Source of the DNA: Iphione sp. A-MEVVRFRX5
Taxonomy: Eukaryota
Reading direction: 5' to 3'
Assembly (NCBI GenBank): GCA_976226885.1
Contig: OZ320320.1
Span: 61,876,001-61,940,000 of the forward strand
Length of the DNA: 64,000 nt
Both the position numbers and the translations under genes were made by a program. Within the stretch, counting starts at the first letter, position 1. Every line of letters begins with the position of its first letter. The notes below the pieces were generated by a model. That model was not told where the DNA came from and searched no databases. It saw only the letters and a list, made by a program, of their open reading frames with translations. Below are positions 47,731-60,420 of this stretch, piece after piece.

Positions 47731-47854
47731 CTCTCCATCCATCCTCCCTCCCACCCACCCACCCACCCACTTTAAATCACTAGTTGATCATGGGTGTGGC
47801 AAGGAGTGTCGCATGAGGAGGGGGGGTAAGCTAGTCTGTGTTCATAGAACGAAA

Positions 47855-47926
47855 GGGAGGGAGGGAGGGAGGGAGGGAGGGAGGGAGGGAGGGAGGGAGG
47901 GAGGGAGGGAGGGAGGGAGGGAGGGA
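47855..47926. repeat. (GGGA)n microsatellite (G-quadruplex-capable)
   Basis: Direct reading. Confidence 0.97.
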
Positions 47927-48427
47927 GAACTGGCAATGGTGCGAATGGTCGGCGTGACACCTGTGACTTGAGAGTGAAACAAGTGGGCGCGGCCAACACG
48001 TCAATCAAAGTCCACACAGCGCCCGGGGGGCGTGGCTTAAAACGCCACAATGCCTTCGGGGTGCCGACACTATCAAAACCGATTCCAACTGGAGGGGGTT
48101 CCGTGATTGGTTGAACAACAGCCGTAACGTTCTCTACCGCTAATAGCATTGTTCTCTCCCAGGGTTAAGAACTTCGTAAAATTGTGATTCCGAAGGTCAT
48201 CTTAAACTATACAATCTGACTTTTGGTTATCTTGTACTCTTAGGAGAAACATGTAACGTCCAAGCCCTGCCCACCTTCCCCCAGTAGCCGGCGAAAACAA
48301 ATCAAAGTCACTTCATTCCCAGGGACGAGAACTTTCTTCAAAATGTATTCCCGATCACGAGATCAGGAGACCCTCTTGCTGTCCGTAACGCAGAGTGATG
48401 CCAGCCTAAAACGATAACAAACGAAAA

Positions 48428-48450
48428 CACACGCACACACACACGCGCGC

Positions 48451-48498
<48 letters not shown>
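48428..48498. repeat. (CA)n/(CG)n/(CGCA)n alternating purine-pyrimidine tract
   Basis: Direct reading. Confidence 0.95.
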
Positions 48499-48501
<3 letters not shown>

Positions 48502-48565
48502 ATTATGCTATCTACAACACAACACAGCTAACAGACCAACTTTAAAAAAAATGAGCTTCACTCAC

Positions 48566-48734
48566 CGAGGGCGCACTTGTTCCGGAAGTCCGAGAGCAGC
48601 TCCCCAATGTCGTTCTGTGCGAGATGACGCGCGTGGCTGAAGACGCTCGCGATGGCGTCCATCTTGTCGCTCTTGGTGCCGAGCGTGTGGTCGATGGCCG
48701 CGACGATGGCCTCGTCGACGTTCACCCGCAAAGG
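48566..48734 (-). CDS. ARHGEF11/12: RhoGEF exon: RH domain (PLRVNVDEAIV...DFRNKCAL)
   Basis: tttcag / gtgagt, phase 0-1. Confidence 0.93.
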
Positions 48735-49330
48735 CTGAAACGTGAAAAGGTCGAACTCAGGGTATGCAGCAAGGTCAAGTTCTGGACAGCGTGGGTGATC
48801 TAAGTAGCGATATATAACATAAGGATCAACATCTATAAGTCCTCCACAACAACTCCCACTAGCTGATTTGTAGGTAGCGGAGTTTTCATTTAGTTGCTAC
48901 GGAGACATACGGGTGTCGACGTGGTAGTTTTGAAACAACTGACAGAATGTAGCCACTTTACTGAACCCAAAAGCTCGTCCGCCATCCCCATGGTTGTTAT
49001 CACAATGAACTGGCACAGAACAAGAAATTGCCGTCCTTCAGTTCACAGATGACACAAAAGTAATGAGACCAACGTATACCTTCGTCTTTAAATATGTTTA
49101 TTACTTGAGCACCTAACGATTATTGGGTCATGCCTAACAGAGTTCTTAAGACAGCAGGGAAGATAATGAGACAAAGGTAAGGAAAGTTTAGGCTGACAGG
49201 AAATTCAATTACGTGTATATGTATATATACATGTATATATATACATTGCAGACTAGTATATCTTATGGTCTCAGGAAAGACCCTCTCTCTGTGCGGCTCC
49301 CTCTTTGTTTCTCTTTCTCCAGACCTCTCC

Positions 49331-49560
49331 AGCCTCCAGCTCTCTATTCTCTAGTCTGAACATGCTCACAGGCTACCTGTGTATTCAGACGTGAACCTCT
49401 CGCAATCACACATGACCCCATTGCTTGTGCTCTGCCGACCACTTCCCCTATGCCTGAACTTGTGCCCCTATCGACTGTAACACCTTCTCCCTCCACTCCA
49501 CCTGCACCATCTCACCGAGGACACCTGCCCCCTCCCACCTTCATCATACCCACCCTTGCC
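49331..49560 (+). repeat. Left arm of a 230-bp inverted repeat
   Basis: Reverse complement of 53230-53459 with no mismatch seen by eye. Confidence 0.95.
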
Positions 49561-51072
49561 CTCCCTCTCTAGCCCTCCTGCACACTCCCAGTCCTACGTG
49601 ACCAGGGCTTTTACGCGACCTTTTATGAGGTGGTATCGAGGGCACATTTCTGAGACTTGTAAACGACCACCTAAGACACAGGGTGACAAAAATCTTGGTG
49701 GGGATGGATTGAGGTACAGGGTGTGTGTCTGTGAGGGGGGGGGGCGCCTACTGGTCCTTCTGTTCGCTCTGGTGGTCCGTAGTTGGCCGCCGCAACATGT
49801 GCATGTGGGCTGCTGGGGCCGGCTGCCGGGGGTCACAAGGGTCTGATAAGAATTAAACATTATTGTTCTTTAGCGTTGTTAATGCGTGCAGGTGGCGGGG
49901 GCAATCTGTGTGTAGTACGGATCAGATGCTACTGTGTGCCTGACAGCGACGGCGGCGGTGGGTTCAGCTCCAGCTCCACCTGTTGGCAGCGCCCCCTGGC
50001 ACATTGTCTCTGTCAAATATTGGCCCACCAGGGGAAATCACAGTCAGAGAGAGACACACACAGAAAGTACGAAAAAAACTACTGCCTGGGGTTACGTGTG
50101 TTTGTGTGTGTTTTAGCCTGCCTCCCCTCAAATTTTTCCCTGACATTGTTTTCCGTATTAACCCTATGCCTGTCGAGGAAAACGGGAAGAAACAGCGACA
50201 GTGATGTTTGTAAGTAGCTCAATTTCACCCAGCAGCTATCTTAACTTACGTTGACCTTACGTCGAGGGAGAACAGGACAGTGACTGTTAACTGGTCGGTT
50301 ATAATCCGGGTAAATCTGGAAACCTACGACAGTCTGGATGAATGCACTTTTTGGCAAAAAAGCAAGTTACTAAGGGTTTTGCGACACCGCGAAGTCAGGT
50401 CGGGTCGTGACGACGTCGGCATTGGCAGCGAGCACGCGCCGCCCGGCGGCCGCTCGCCGCAACTCTAAGATTTCGCCCAAGACTTAGCCATTGTGTCTGC
50501 GTGATGTCTGCGAGACGGCGGCCGGGGGTCAGAGGGCCTGGTCTGGTGATCCATTGTGGCGACTTGACAGCCGCCAGAGCCTTAGGGCCCTGCTCAATAG
50601 TCAGGTGAGGCCTTGACGGAAGGAGTTGCAGAAGGTGGGGAGGGAGCCAGGTGGCTTAAGGCCTACGGCATCGACGGACGGGCGACAGGCGGACGTCGCG
50701 TCGCGTCGCGTCAGCCTCACTCGCGACAAGCGTTGTTAAACACATGGCTCTCTTAAAAGACTTAAAAACTAGGAAATAAACTAAAGGAAGCCTCCTTGTC
50801 ATTCTGACATCGAAGATAACTGACGCTCAGAAGAACGGTGATTAGGGTTGACTTTTTATGGTTCAGTAAAAAGCATTAGCAATAGGGAGGGTTTCACCTC
50901 CTCCCTGTCCCGTGGTTTTGGTCATGTACACATGTATATATATATGTGTGTGTATGTGCACGTATGTGTGTGCATAGAGGGCAGGGCAAGTGGAGTTTTA
51001 AGGAAAGAGAAAGACAGACAGGTAGAGAGGGAAGGAGACAGACAGTACAGAGAGACAGATTTACATCCTTAC

Positions 51073-51171
51073 CGCTCTGTCCACGAGGAAGGTGGAGTGG
51101 ATCTCGTAGGCCCACTTCTTCATCTCCTTAGCGGTGCCCTTGGCGTAGTCCTCGGTTACCAGGTAGAATAA
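51073..51171 (-). CDS. ARHGEF11/12: RhoGEF exon: RH domain (LFYLVTEDYAKGTAKEMKKWAYEIHSTFLVDRA)
   Basis: ttacag acceptor, gtaagg donor, 99 nt, phase 0-0. Confidence 0.93.
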
Positions 51172-52354
51172 CTGTAAAAAGACAAAACAGAAACAGCTAT
51201 GAGTTACTTCACTAAACAGTAATTCTGGGGGGGGGAGAAAAAAAAGAAAAACGCATAAACTGACATGTCCATTTTACATGGTCTTTACTGCTCTGGCTAT
51301 CTCAAATTCAGTCCAACATGGCCAGAAAAGGTCTCTTATCCCTCACATTTAAATCCTACGGCCCTCGGAGAGTCAACTCCGTGCGAGCCGTGAAATACCT
51401 TCTTTTTGTGTGGTTGGTAGTGTTCTGAATGTTGCACAGCTACAGCAATGCACGCTGCTATACACTCATCGATACAGTCGACTGTATTAACGAAAGGCCA
51501 ATGTGTATGAAACTTCATCATGTATGCCAGATGCAGGAACTGCTAATTCCCGCTGACACGTACAGTTGCAAGAGGACAGCCTCCTACATGCATGAACACC
51601 GTGGACTCAGAGCTGGGTAGAAAATCTTTACTCAAGCTGTAGCGTGTATTCGGGTCCTTCTGGATGCATACAGAAACAATGGTATTTTGCAAAGATGGAT
51701 AACTCCTTACTATTACCAGCTGGATGTTACCAGGAATACAATTTTTCTGGAAAGCAGCTGAATAGAAATTACGAAAATACAGTCATGGACTTTGGGACAG
51801 AATATGCAGAACAATGCCCTAGTCTGTGTTTCAACGTCTACAGAAAAGTCATAAACGCCGGCTACAACCTGCTATAATTTGCGTCTACCGTTTTATAAGT
51901 CGTCAATGTAAGGGTCCTCAAATCAAACATACTACACCCATTATTTCTTTGTGTTCTCACTTTCACATTGAGAAATGCGTGACATGCTGGTCATCTTTCA
52001 TTTAGCAAATCAATATTCCACTCAAAATACGGTTTCCCACAGGCACAATCGGTATGACCTGTCAATGCAATGCATTTGATGAAGGCTAATTTGTAATTAA
52101 ACGGATGTCAATATGCACCCGGGGTCTGGGAGTTGTTGAAGGTGTGCTTTGGCATATTCTGCCTTGAACTGGTTGTTTTCCGCGCGGCATCTGGCACAGG
52201 GTTCGGATGGCCCATGTTTGTGTGCATCATGTGACTTTAAATGGCCCATGCAGTGGCTGAGAAGGAGCGGGCACAATACAGCTTGTTTGGGCAGACGGAC
52301 GCCATGTTGGGATCACACGTTCAAAGCCATATCGATGTATCCTTCGCTACAGGA

Positions 52355-52393
52355 AGGTCACGTCAGGGTCATGCCAAGGTCGCGGGAAGGTCA
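52355..52393 (+). promoter_or_regulatory. Four RGGTCR half-sites, each 5 nt apart (three overlapping DR5 elements)
   Basis: AGGTCA-cgtca-GGGTCA-tgcca-AGGTCG-cggga-AGGTCA. Confidence 0.55.
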
Positions 52394-53229
52394 CGTGAAT
52401 GTGGCGGCTGTTTGTTTGTGTATTTGTTTGAATTCGGTCCGAACAGACGAGACTGAAGCGAATACAGCGCTTCCGGCGTCCAAATATTGACAGCGGGAAG
52501 CGTACGACCCATGCTATCTACCCACCCCTACCAGAAAATTAGCACAAAATGAAAGGATGCCAACCAAACAACACACAAACCACAGGGCTGATGTTTCCTG
52601 TGGACTACCTGGTCTCAGCTGTTTACATTAAAGACAGAGACCGGACAGTATTGTTCGGAACGCTTAGCTACATTCATATTGGTACAATATTGTTGGATAT
52701 GGCTGGGCATCTTTGTCAAACTACTCCATGTAAGGATCATTATCAAAGAGAGGTTGCTTGTTTGTTTTATGTTTAAATACATACACGTATACAATGTAGA
52801 CATCAAACATGTACGCAGGCATGTATTCCTTACAAAAAAACTGTACTAGGAGGAGTTTGGGTGAAGCTTTTATCCTATGGATGAACACTTGCCGGGCACA
52901 AAAAAGGAGGGGACAATCCTCCATGCCAAGTCGATGTCAAGTCTCGGTGCTCAGCCTCTTGTGAGGAGAAGTGTAACTCTATCCGCACCTAGTGGCGACC
53001 TCTCCGAGCGGTGCTTCCTTGGTGACCTCCTTCTGACAGCGCCGGCTGGTGGGCGGGCAGCAAACTACTTTGATCTGACAAAGACTTTTTGCAGGTCCGA
53101 TTGTCGTCTGCTCCGCGGATTTTCGCCTGTATTTGAGGCGGGAAACCGGAGACGTTTCTACGAGTGACCGTTGATTGAGCCGTGGATTAAACCGGGGCTA
53201 CCCTGTTCCCCACTTCAAAGGGTTAAGCC

Positions 53230-53459
53230 GGCAAGGGTGGGTATGATGAAGGTGGGAGGGGGCAGGTGTCCTCGGTGAGATGGTGCAGGTGGAGTGGAGG
53301 GAGAAGGTGTTACAGTCGATAGGGGCACAAGTTCAGGCATAGGGGAAGTGGTCGGCAGAGCACAAGCAATGGGGTCATGTGTGATTGCGAGAGGTTCACG
53401 TCTGAATACACAGGTAGCCTGTGAGCATGTTCAGACTAGAGAATAGAGAGCTGGAGGCT
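53230..53459 (-). repeat. Right arm of a 230-bp inverted repeat
   Basis: Reverse complement of 49331-49560. Confidence 0.95.
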
Positions 53460-54939
53460 TTGATATTCCACAATGTTTCATCATGCTCCCCTGAATAGCA
53501 TTTGGCATGCGGGCTCGTGTGTGCGTGTGTGTGTGCGCGCGCGAGAATGAGGCAATATGAGTGTGTATGAATGAATCAAACTGCGTATGTGCAATACAAA
53601 TACATGTATACATATATGAATTATAACGTATTGTTTCGGTGGGGTCGCAACCAGGTAGATACTTCTGGAAGGGAGGTATAAGCGTCTGGACGCCCTATTT
53701 ATCCATGATTTACATGATGGCCGATAACCTCTGAACAAATTATCCACATACTCAACCTTCAAAGACTTGTGGTCTGCTCTAATCCACATCCCGATTATTC
53801 TCGCCAGTAGCTATCGGTTACACGGCTGTTCGCCATGCCCCTAGGACCAGCTGCGCCACCTACTACTTAACTACCACGTAACTAAATTCATAATTAAGCG
53901 TGCAGGTTCGACAGTTCGGGCCATTCAGATGAAAATCCACTCTTCTTTGGTTTTCGTCTGTCCAAGGACAGTCGAAGGTGCCCTGTTGTCTAGAACTGGC
54001 ACCCCTAGTGAAAACTCCCTTATGAAAGAAGAATGATTGGCTGCAGCGCCTGTCCAATGAGCATGTTGACGATTGTAATATACCTGCTCAAGCATTACCC
54101 CATCGGGTGTAGAGCTGTGCAATTGTGTTGTGATGTCGACGTTACATACGTACATTTTCCTTCGAGGTGGACGTGCGGGTTATGTACGGTATATCGGTAA
54201 CTCGGCGCAAGCCCGCCCACCCGCCCGCCCCCGGACTCCCACCACCACGCCCAGCTTCACACGATCCCCCGCCAGTCCTTGACCCAGCCAAAGCCCGCTG
54301 CAGATGACCTCGACGATAATCGACGGCTGCCACTAGGTGGCAGTTAGAATCGCGCTGACCTCTGTATTGAGATGTCAACTTTCATCAATCAACCTTTTTC
54401 TTGACAAGGAATTGTGCAAGCTGCTGCTCACAAGCAAAGAACAGACAACAAAGTGCCGAAATGTCTCGTATTAAGAACAAGGGAGTGTTCTATAACAACG
54501 ACAACGCCTGCGCAGCAGTGTTCAACTCTAAATAACAAAAACAGAAATAATATTAACAAACGACTTACTACATACTAACTAAGGACAACTGGGTGCTTTT
54601 TGTACATGAGGGGGGGGGGGGAAGAACAGGCAACAAAGACTTACTGTTTCTTTGTCCCCATGACTACAAATGTGTCGTACGTCAACGTATTTCACGACCA
54701 ACACGACTCAAATGGGTACTATTTCGATTATGGGTCAGATATACTGTCGCGGAATATTTATAGGGGTAGACAACCTTTTTTTACAAAATTTTCAAAAACT
54801 GTTTGGGAAACATGTTCGCGCTGGAAATTTCCAGGTAATTAGCTCTACGGATATGAAAACTCGTCGACAGAAAAGAACGATGGTCGTCATTGTGTCGACC
54901 GTGATGAGTGACCAGGCAACAATTGGTCAATCATATCAT

Positions 54940-55200
54940 GTGACCACGAGTGACCCGGGAAAGGTCAAGGTCGAGAAGGAGCCATTGACCAGCGCATTTA
55001 GAATCTGACCCTAGCGTGACCTTAGACCTACCAGAAGAAGGCCTTGACCTGTCCTGCGGTCGGGCTGCCATTGCCTGCATGTGCCGGCGTGTGCCGTATG
55101 TACGGTTTGACCTTGAATGGACATCTAATAGGACCAGGACAACGTCAAGGTCAATGAACCCTGTCCAGTTTCACCTTCAGCGAAAGGTTCTGTGACCTTT
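54940..55200. promoter_or_regulatory. Nuclear-receptor half-site cluster (putative enhancer)
   Basis: At least eight AGGTCA/TGACCY-like hexamers, including TGACCTTGA (55108) and TCAAGGTCAaTGAACC (55145-55160). Confidence 0.45.
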
Positions 55201-57459
55201 GGACCGGGTTCCCGGAGAACCTTCCGGTTGAAAAGACTTAATAATACCGTTTATCGGGTGGTCTTTTGACACTACTCCGCGCTAATGTAACATTGTAATA
55301 ACAAAGAGATGGGGATTCAACCTCAAGGTCCATCACACTAGGCTCTCTATGTGTTGTATATTATTTAAGTTACATGTTACCTGTAAGTTCACAATGGTAG
55401 AATTGTCAATTCAGATTCTTTATAACTAAACCGCGGAATTCCCACATCAAACTCAATTCTTGCCAGATGTTCACGAAACCCATTGAAAATATGGTTTAAC
55501 CGTAGACGTTAGTTTTTGTAAAGATGCCCGTATAGAGACCTAGCACCACGCATTGTTCTTATCATTGTACTTCTACTGTCCACTCTATGAACACGACAGC
55601 AGGGGATGCTGACAGGACGGCTGCCGGTGGCCCTGTGTCAATATGGCCGCTGTCACGGCACCCTTCTCTGGATCCACCTGCGCTCATCTCACTGTAGCGA
55701 CCCCTGCCAGGCGGGCCAAACACTAGACGGTTACTGGTTAGTGACCAGACGGCGACCGGCTGTGAGGTTACATTGGCCCCTGCTGCTTTCCACGCCATAG
55801 TGTTGAGCGATCACTGCTGGTTGACAGTGGGGGGGGGGGGCGTGCTGTACTGTTCCAGTGATGTTTTGACCACCGCCCAGATGAACCTGTTTCGTGCCGC
55901 AGTATTAAACAGGTGTATAACATGTATTAGTTAACTATACAGCTACGTTTGCGAGCTGTCTTGCTATTGTTCTGACTGTAGATACCTCCCCTGACTGGTT
56001 CTCCATTACTCCCCCTTATTCTCCTTGCTATGATATTTATACCCGGCTCTACAACCACCTGTCAATCTTAATACTATGCTGGTCAATCCCATACATGGCA
56101 CATTAAACATAGGCTTTTAATTCATATAGATATACACAGAGCTTGGCGTGGCTTCACATATGTGAATCCAGTGGAGTTACATGTTCATGCTTCTAACGTC
56201 CAGATAACTGTTTCCGTCCATTCTTTCAGCTCCTGTCTCTATTTGCCCTTTTTCTCTGCCGTCTATATACATGTACATGTACACATCATCGCTTGAGTCT
56301 ATCTGCCTATCTCATACTCTCCCCTCACCCCCCCGGCCACGCCCATCTTGCCAGACCCACCTGTTTGCTAATGAGATCCTTCATTGCAGCGATGCCTCAC
56401 CCCAGCCCTGGTACCCGCGCCACTCGCCAGGAGGCGTGGTGCTACTGCTGGTTTTCGACGGGTTGCCGACTGACCAGTCTCAAAGGACACGAGTACCAGA
56501 CACGGTCGGGGCCAGCGCCCGCTGAGCAGTTGTTGAGCGCCTACTGAGCATTTGAGGAGCACCTGTTTCACTGTGAGCAAAATGTGCTCTATTATGAGGC
56601 GCTCCAGATGATGCGTTGGGGTTGGGTAGGAATCAATGTCTGCATGGCTGTAGAATGGACGAGGCTGGCGGAGGACGTACGGGTCCCATCAGAACGGGCT
56701 ATTCTGTCAACCCAGCCTCCCATCGACAAGTCCTTTTAACTCCACTCACACAGTGCCAGTGCGGCCTTGAAAGGGGGCCCCGGACCCACCATGAGTTAAA
56801 ATATCCTTCTAAAACAGCTTCAAGAGCGAACATTTTCTCACGAATGATACTGGGAATATGTAATCGTTGCTTATCATTTGCTTCGACACGATCCATTTAC
56901 AAAAGGGAGGGGTGGTGTAATAGAGTGTTGATCACGCATACAAATATGGGTGACAACAATACTGCCTTTGCTGCTGGGAACGAAATATTTTAATAACAAT
57001 AAAAGACAACTGAAAACGCAAAACAAACGTGAAACACAGAATTAAGCAACAACAGCCGTTTAAAACGGAGCTGGTATTTTGCAATTCGCGGTCCTTCTTA
57101 TCCTAAAATACTGGAATATTTGGTGACTATAGCCTAACTCTTAGAAATAGACTGCTCTTGCCAATTTAAACTTCGCTAGCTGATCGAAACGCCAACGTTT
57201 CTAATGGACCCAGAGGTTCAACGCCGCTTGGTCTATATTTATTAGCTGAATGTGGCGAGAGTGATGCTGGATAACCGGCGCCCGACAAACGTTCCGACTT
57301 TCACACCGTCGCCCTCCGTTTCCCAGGCGGGCCGGCGCGCCGTGCAAGCTGATGATTTGGGAACTTTTTCACTGAGGCGGCGCGGGAAAAAGCGCTGACC
57401 CCAGGGCCAAAAGTGTCACGCCGGAGTTCCAACTGTCTCATTATATGGCGATGACATAA

Positions 57460-57700
57460 TGGTAGAGTGCACGGCCGCCGCCGCGGCGAGCGCGGTGGCC
57501 GGGCGTGGTCGGGGCGGGGCGGGCCCCGGGGTGGCGGCGGTCGGGAGGCCGGTCGGGGGCCCGGCCGGGGCGCGGCCCGGGGTCAGGCGGGGCGGCCGGC
57601 CGGGGTCATTACCGGACCAAACACGGTCCACAGGGCGGCCGGCCCAGCGACGGCCATGGCCGCAGGGGAAGGGGCCCGCCCGTTATCCAGCAAAAAATAA
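57460..57700. promoter_or_regulatory. Extremely GC-rich CpG island-like element with GC boxes
   Basis: Almost only G and C; GGGGCGGGGCGGG; repeated cccggggtca. Confidence 0.55.
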
Positions 57701-60129
57701 CCCTTACATGATTGAGGGGGGAAAAGCCCACTCACAAAGGGTCCTCAAAGTGGTCTCGGTGGGCCCGCAGAATACGAACATAGAGGGTTAATTACGATGT
57801 ATTAAACGACCAGTGATTACCGCTTAGCCACTGGGGGGCAGCACTAGCAGTAGAGCACAGAAAGGGCTTGGACCGCACGGTATTCTCTTGGAGAATCCGA
57901 AGGGACTACTGCCCTTGGTGAGCATATCAACAACTAGCAAAGATTTCCTATAGTAAAGATTGCTTAGGCGAGAGAGAGAGGTTCAAAGAAGGAGGAAATT
58001 TTTCCGTTTTATAGCAACAAACAGACGTATCATTTAAAGGTCCTTCCTTAGAATTAAAAAAAACACCTGATTTGGGGCTTTTCCTCTAAAGTAGCGCTTT
58101 GTTCTACTGATACATCAAGGCCTTGAACTGTACTAGTCATATACTGCTGATACCATTTAGGTCCCTCTACTCCCAGGATATCGGTATCAATGATAACGGA
58201 CTAGCTATCATAGTCCTAAAACAAACACCATGTATAGTATTAAATATATCTGCAACATCTATGTATACACCATGCAAGTACACGCCGTTACGGTTTGTTT
58301 ACAGAAACAGTGGCCGTTTCAAGGGGTGGGGCACTTGACTACACAAGGTTGCAAATAACGGTAAGTCTTTTCTGGTGTTCAGGAAGGGAAAATGCTTTCA
58401 CATCCAAGAAGAAAAATGGTCAGATACCACGAAGATAAGAATGAAAAAAGGTGAAAGGGGGGAGAGGTTGTTTTATACACTCCTCCGGGACACCGCCATG
58501 CACTAGACTGCTGCCAAGCCCCTGTCTATTCCCATATTTCCTAACCTGTGATGGCTGGATCATACTGAATGAAGCTGAGATCTTGTCGTCAAACCAGTAT
58601 ATTGTACATGAATGTACTTGTGTGGAGATTTGCATTTCCTTTCGCCTTTGGGCGCTGTTGGTGTAGTTGTGAGGTATGACTGTCGTCTTCCACATTCTGA
58701 TCCTTGTACGTAACAAGACTGAGTCTACAGAATGTCTATTCCTCTCACATTATCATTTACAGCAAAAGACTGGTGGGGTCACCCTCAATGCGCTGAGCAA
58801 AGTCACTTCATTCTTTATAGTTGGTGCAAAGATCACAGGAGACTTTCTGTCCACCACCCCATAACACCTCTGACCCTGCAGGTCAAGGGTCACGCAGGTC
58901 GGTGGACATAAACATTCCGCCGACCCCAGCGTGGGTGGTCCCGGATGTTTTCAGGTGGGGGTCCGAATAGGTTTCTCGGAGAAGGGCGCGTTGTATCGGG
59001 TACGAAGTTTTAACCTTCTTGTTTTACCCTTTCCGAGCGATATGAGCCGACAATGATTTCCTCCAATCTAACCGTGAGGGCAGCTCCCTATAGATGGAAC
59101 GAGGGCGGTCAGATTCTATTCTGTTCTATGTCAACCTATCCCTGTGCTTCCTAATATCCCACTGAGAGTCCCGACTGAATAATTCACTGCTTAAAAAACA
59201 CTCCCAGCATGGCGCTCTGCAATACCTCCAGTTCTAATTGCCTGCTCCAAGTCAATATTTGTACAGCTCTCTTTTCACCTCACCGCGTTAGTCTTTATTC
59301 CTCTGCCCTTCTACTGTCTGATGCTAGCACGTCACATCCCCTCCAGCCTCCACCCTGGAAGGTCTGCCAGTTGGGATCTTCTGCCCAAGTCTTCTCTCGC
59401 CCTCTGTCCCCTCCTCTAATCTCCACCACGAGTGGCCTGTGTTTTAGTTGGTTATACATGATTCGGCCCATGCCTGACATCCATGACATCCACGTCATCT
59501 CAGCTCAGCAAAGCCTCCCACTCGTCCCCGCCTTCCCAACTAGAACCTGATCCTCAGTTTAGTCTGCACTATCACCTGACCCCCTGATCTCACCCGACAC
59601 CTTCAGTCACCTCTAAACAAGCGTTCCCGGAGGGCGCGGGTATAGGGCGGAAGGTTCAACCCCCGCCCCCCCCAACCACACAGACACCTACTGAGGCGGC
59701 CGTATGACCCTATGGGCTCCAAGGTCCACTGCCCTTGGCCCAGAGGTGGGAGGTGCCCTAAGCTGCCCCCACCATCCCCTACACTCACAGACTTAACCTG
59801 CAGACTCCTCCCTTCAGGTTATAACCCTTTCGCCTCGGGTGAGGACTCCGTTCTGTGTAGTATGACGTGTGATTATAGTGAAAAGGGCCAAGTGCAACAA
59901 AGATGGACGTGGAGAGGCTAGAGACTTGACGCCAGACAAAACGGAGACAGAAGAGAGACTGAGAGAGAGAGAGGGGGGGCGGGTGAAAGACACAGGTAGA
60001 CCTCTTCAAGAAAGCCACCAACCACGCTCCTGAGCGGACCAGCCCTTCCTGTCAATGTTAACTACATGCAAAGTCTTCCCCTCGGCCCCTTGTTGGTAGT
60101 CGTAACCTCCCCAACATTCTCTATGGCCA

Positions 60130-60420
60130 CCGGCACCCGACTCCCTGCAAAGACCACAGCCCGCGTCGGCCTTGCTCCTTGCCCCATGGCCGACCAGTGC
60201 GCATGCGTGCCCACAATTAGCTACGAGCGCCGCTTTTTATCACCATTCACACCTGCCCATTCCGTCCGCGGCGCGCCACAGTCCATATTTTCCTCGTATT
60301 GTCGCCGCCACGACGAGCTTCCCGCGCGGTCCACACGGGGGCGCCCCGGCGCACGCGCCCTGGCGACGGCGACGTCAATTAGCGCTGCGTGCCTCCGCGA
60401 AGGGGCGCTCGGGGTTACAA
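60130..60420. promoter_or_regulatory. CpG-rich promoter/enhancer-like segment with an NRF1-type TGCGCATGCG motif
   Basis: High CpG density; gtgcgcatgcg near 60197-60207. Confidence 0.4.

Larger units (their letters stand above)
24480..51171 (-). other. ARHGEF11/12: Multi-exon RGS-RhoGEF gene (PDZ-RhoGEF/LARG/RhoGEF2 family): RH-C1-DH-PH-C-terminal coiled coil; 5' exons not found in window
   Basis: 24 GT-AG exons with consistent phases (one end hidden in a gap); RH KEMKKWAYEIHSTFL, canonical C1, GRSESLK, DH KRQDVINELIHTE...MQRLTKYPLLIENL, PH LLEDLLVLLQRQDDKYVLK. Confidence 0.95.

Noticed and set aside
56390-56570. Splice-bounded open segment (VLLKCSVGAQQ...) as the missing PDZ/RH exon
   Set aside because: No similarity to PDZ (GLGF-type) or RH motifs, and I cannot link it to the gene model.
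57416-57791. Several Ala/Gly/Arg/Pro-rich ORFs
   Set aside because: An artefact of stop-codon scarcity in a GC island.
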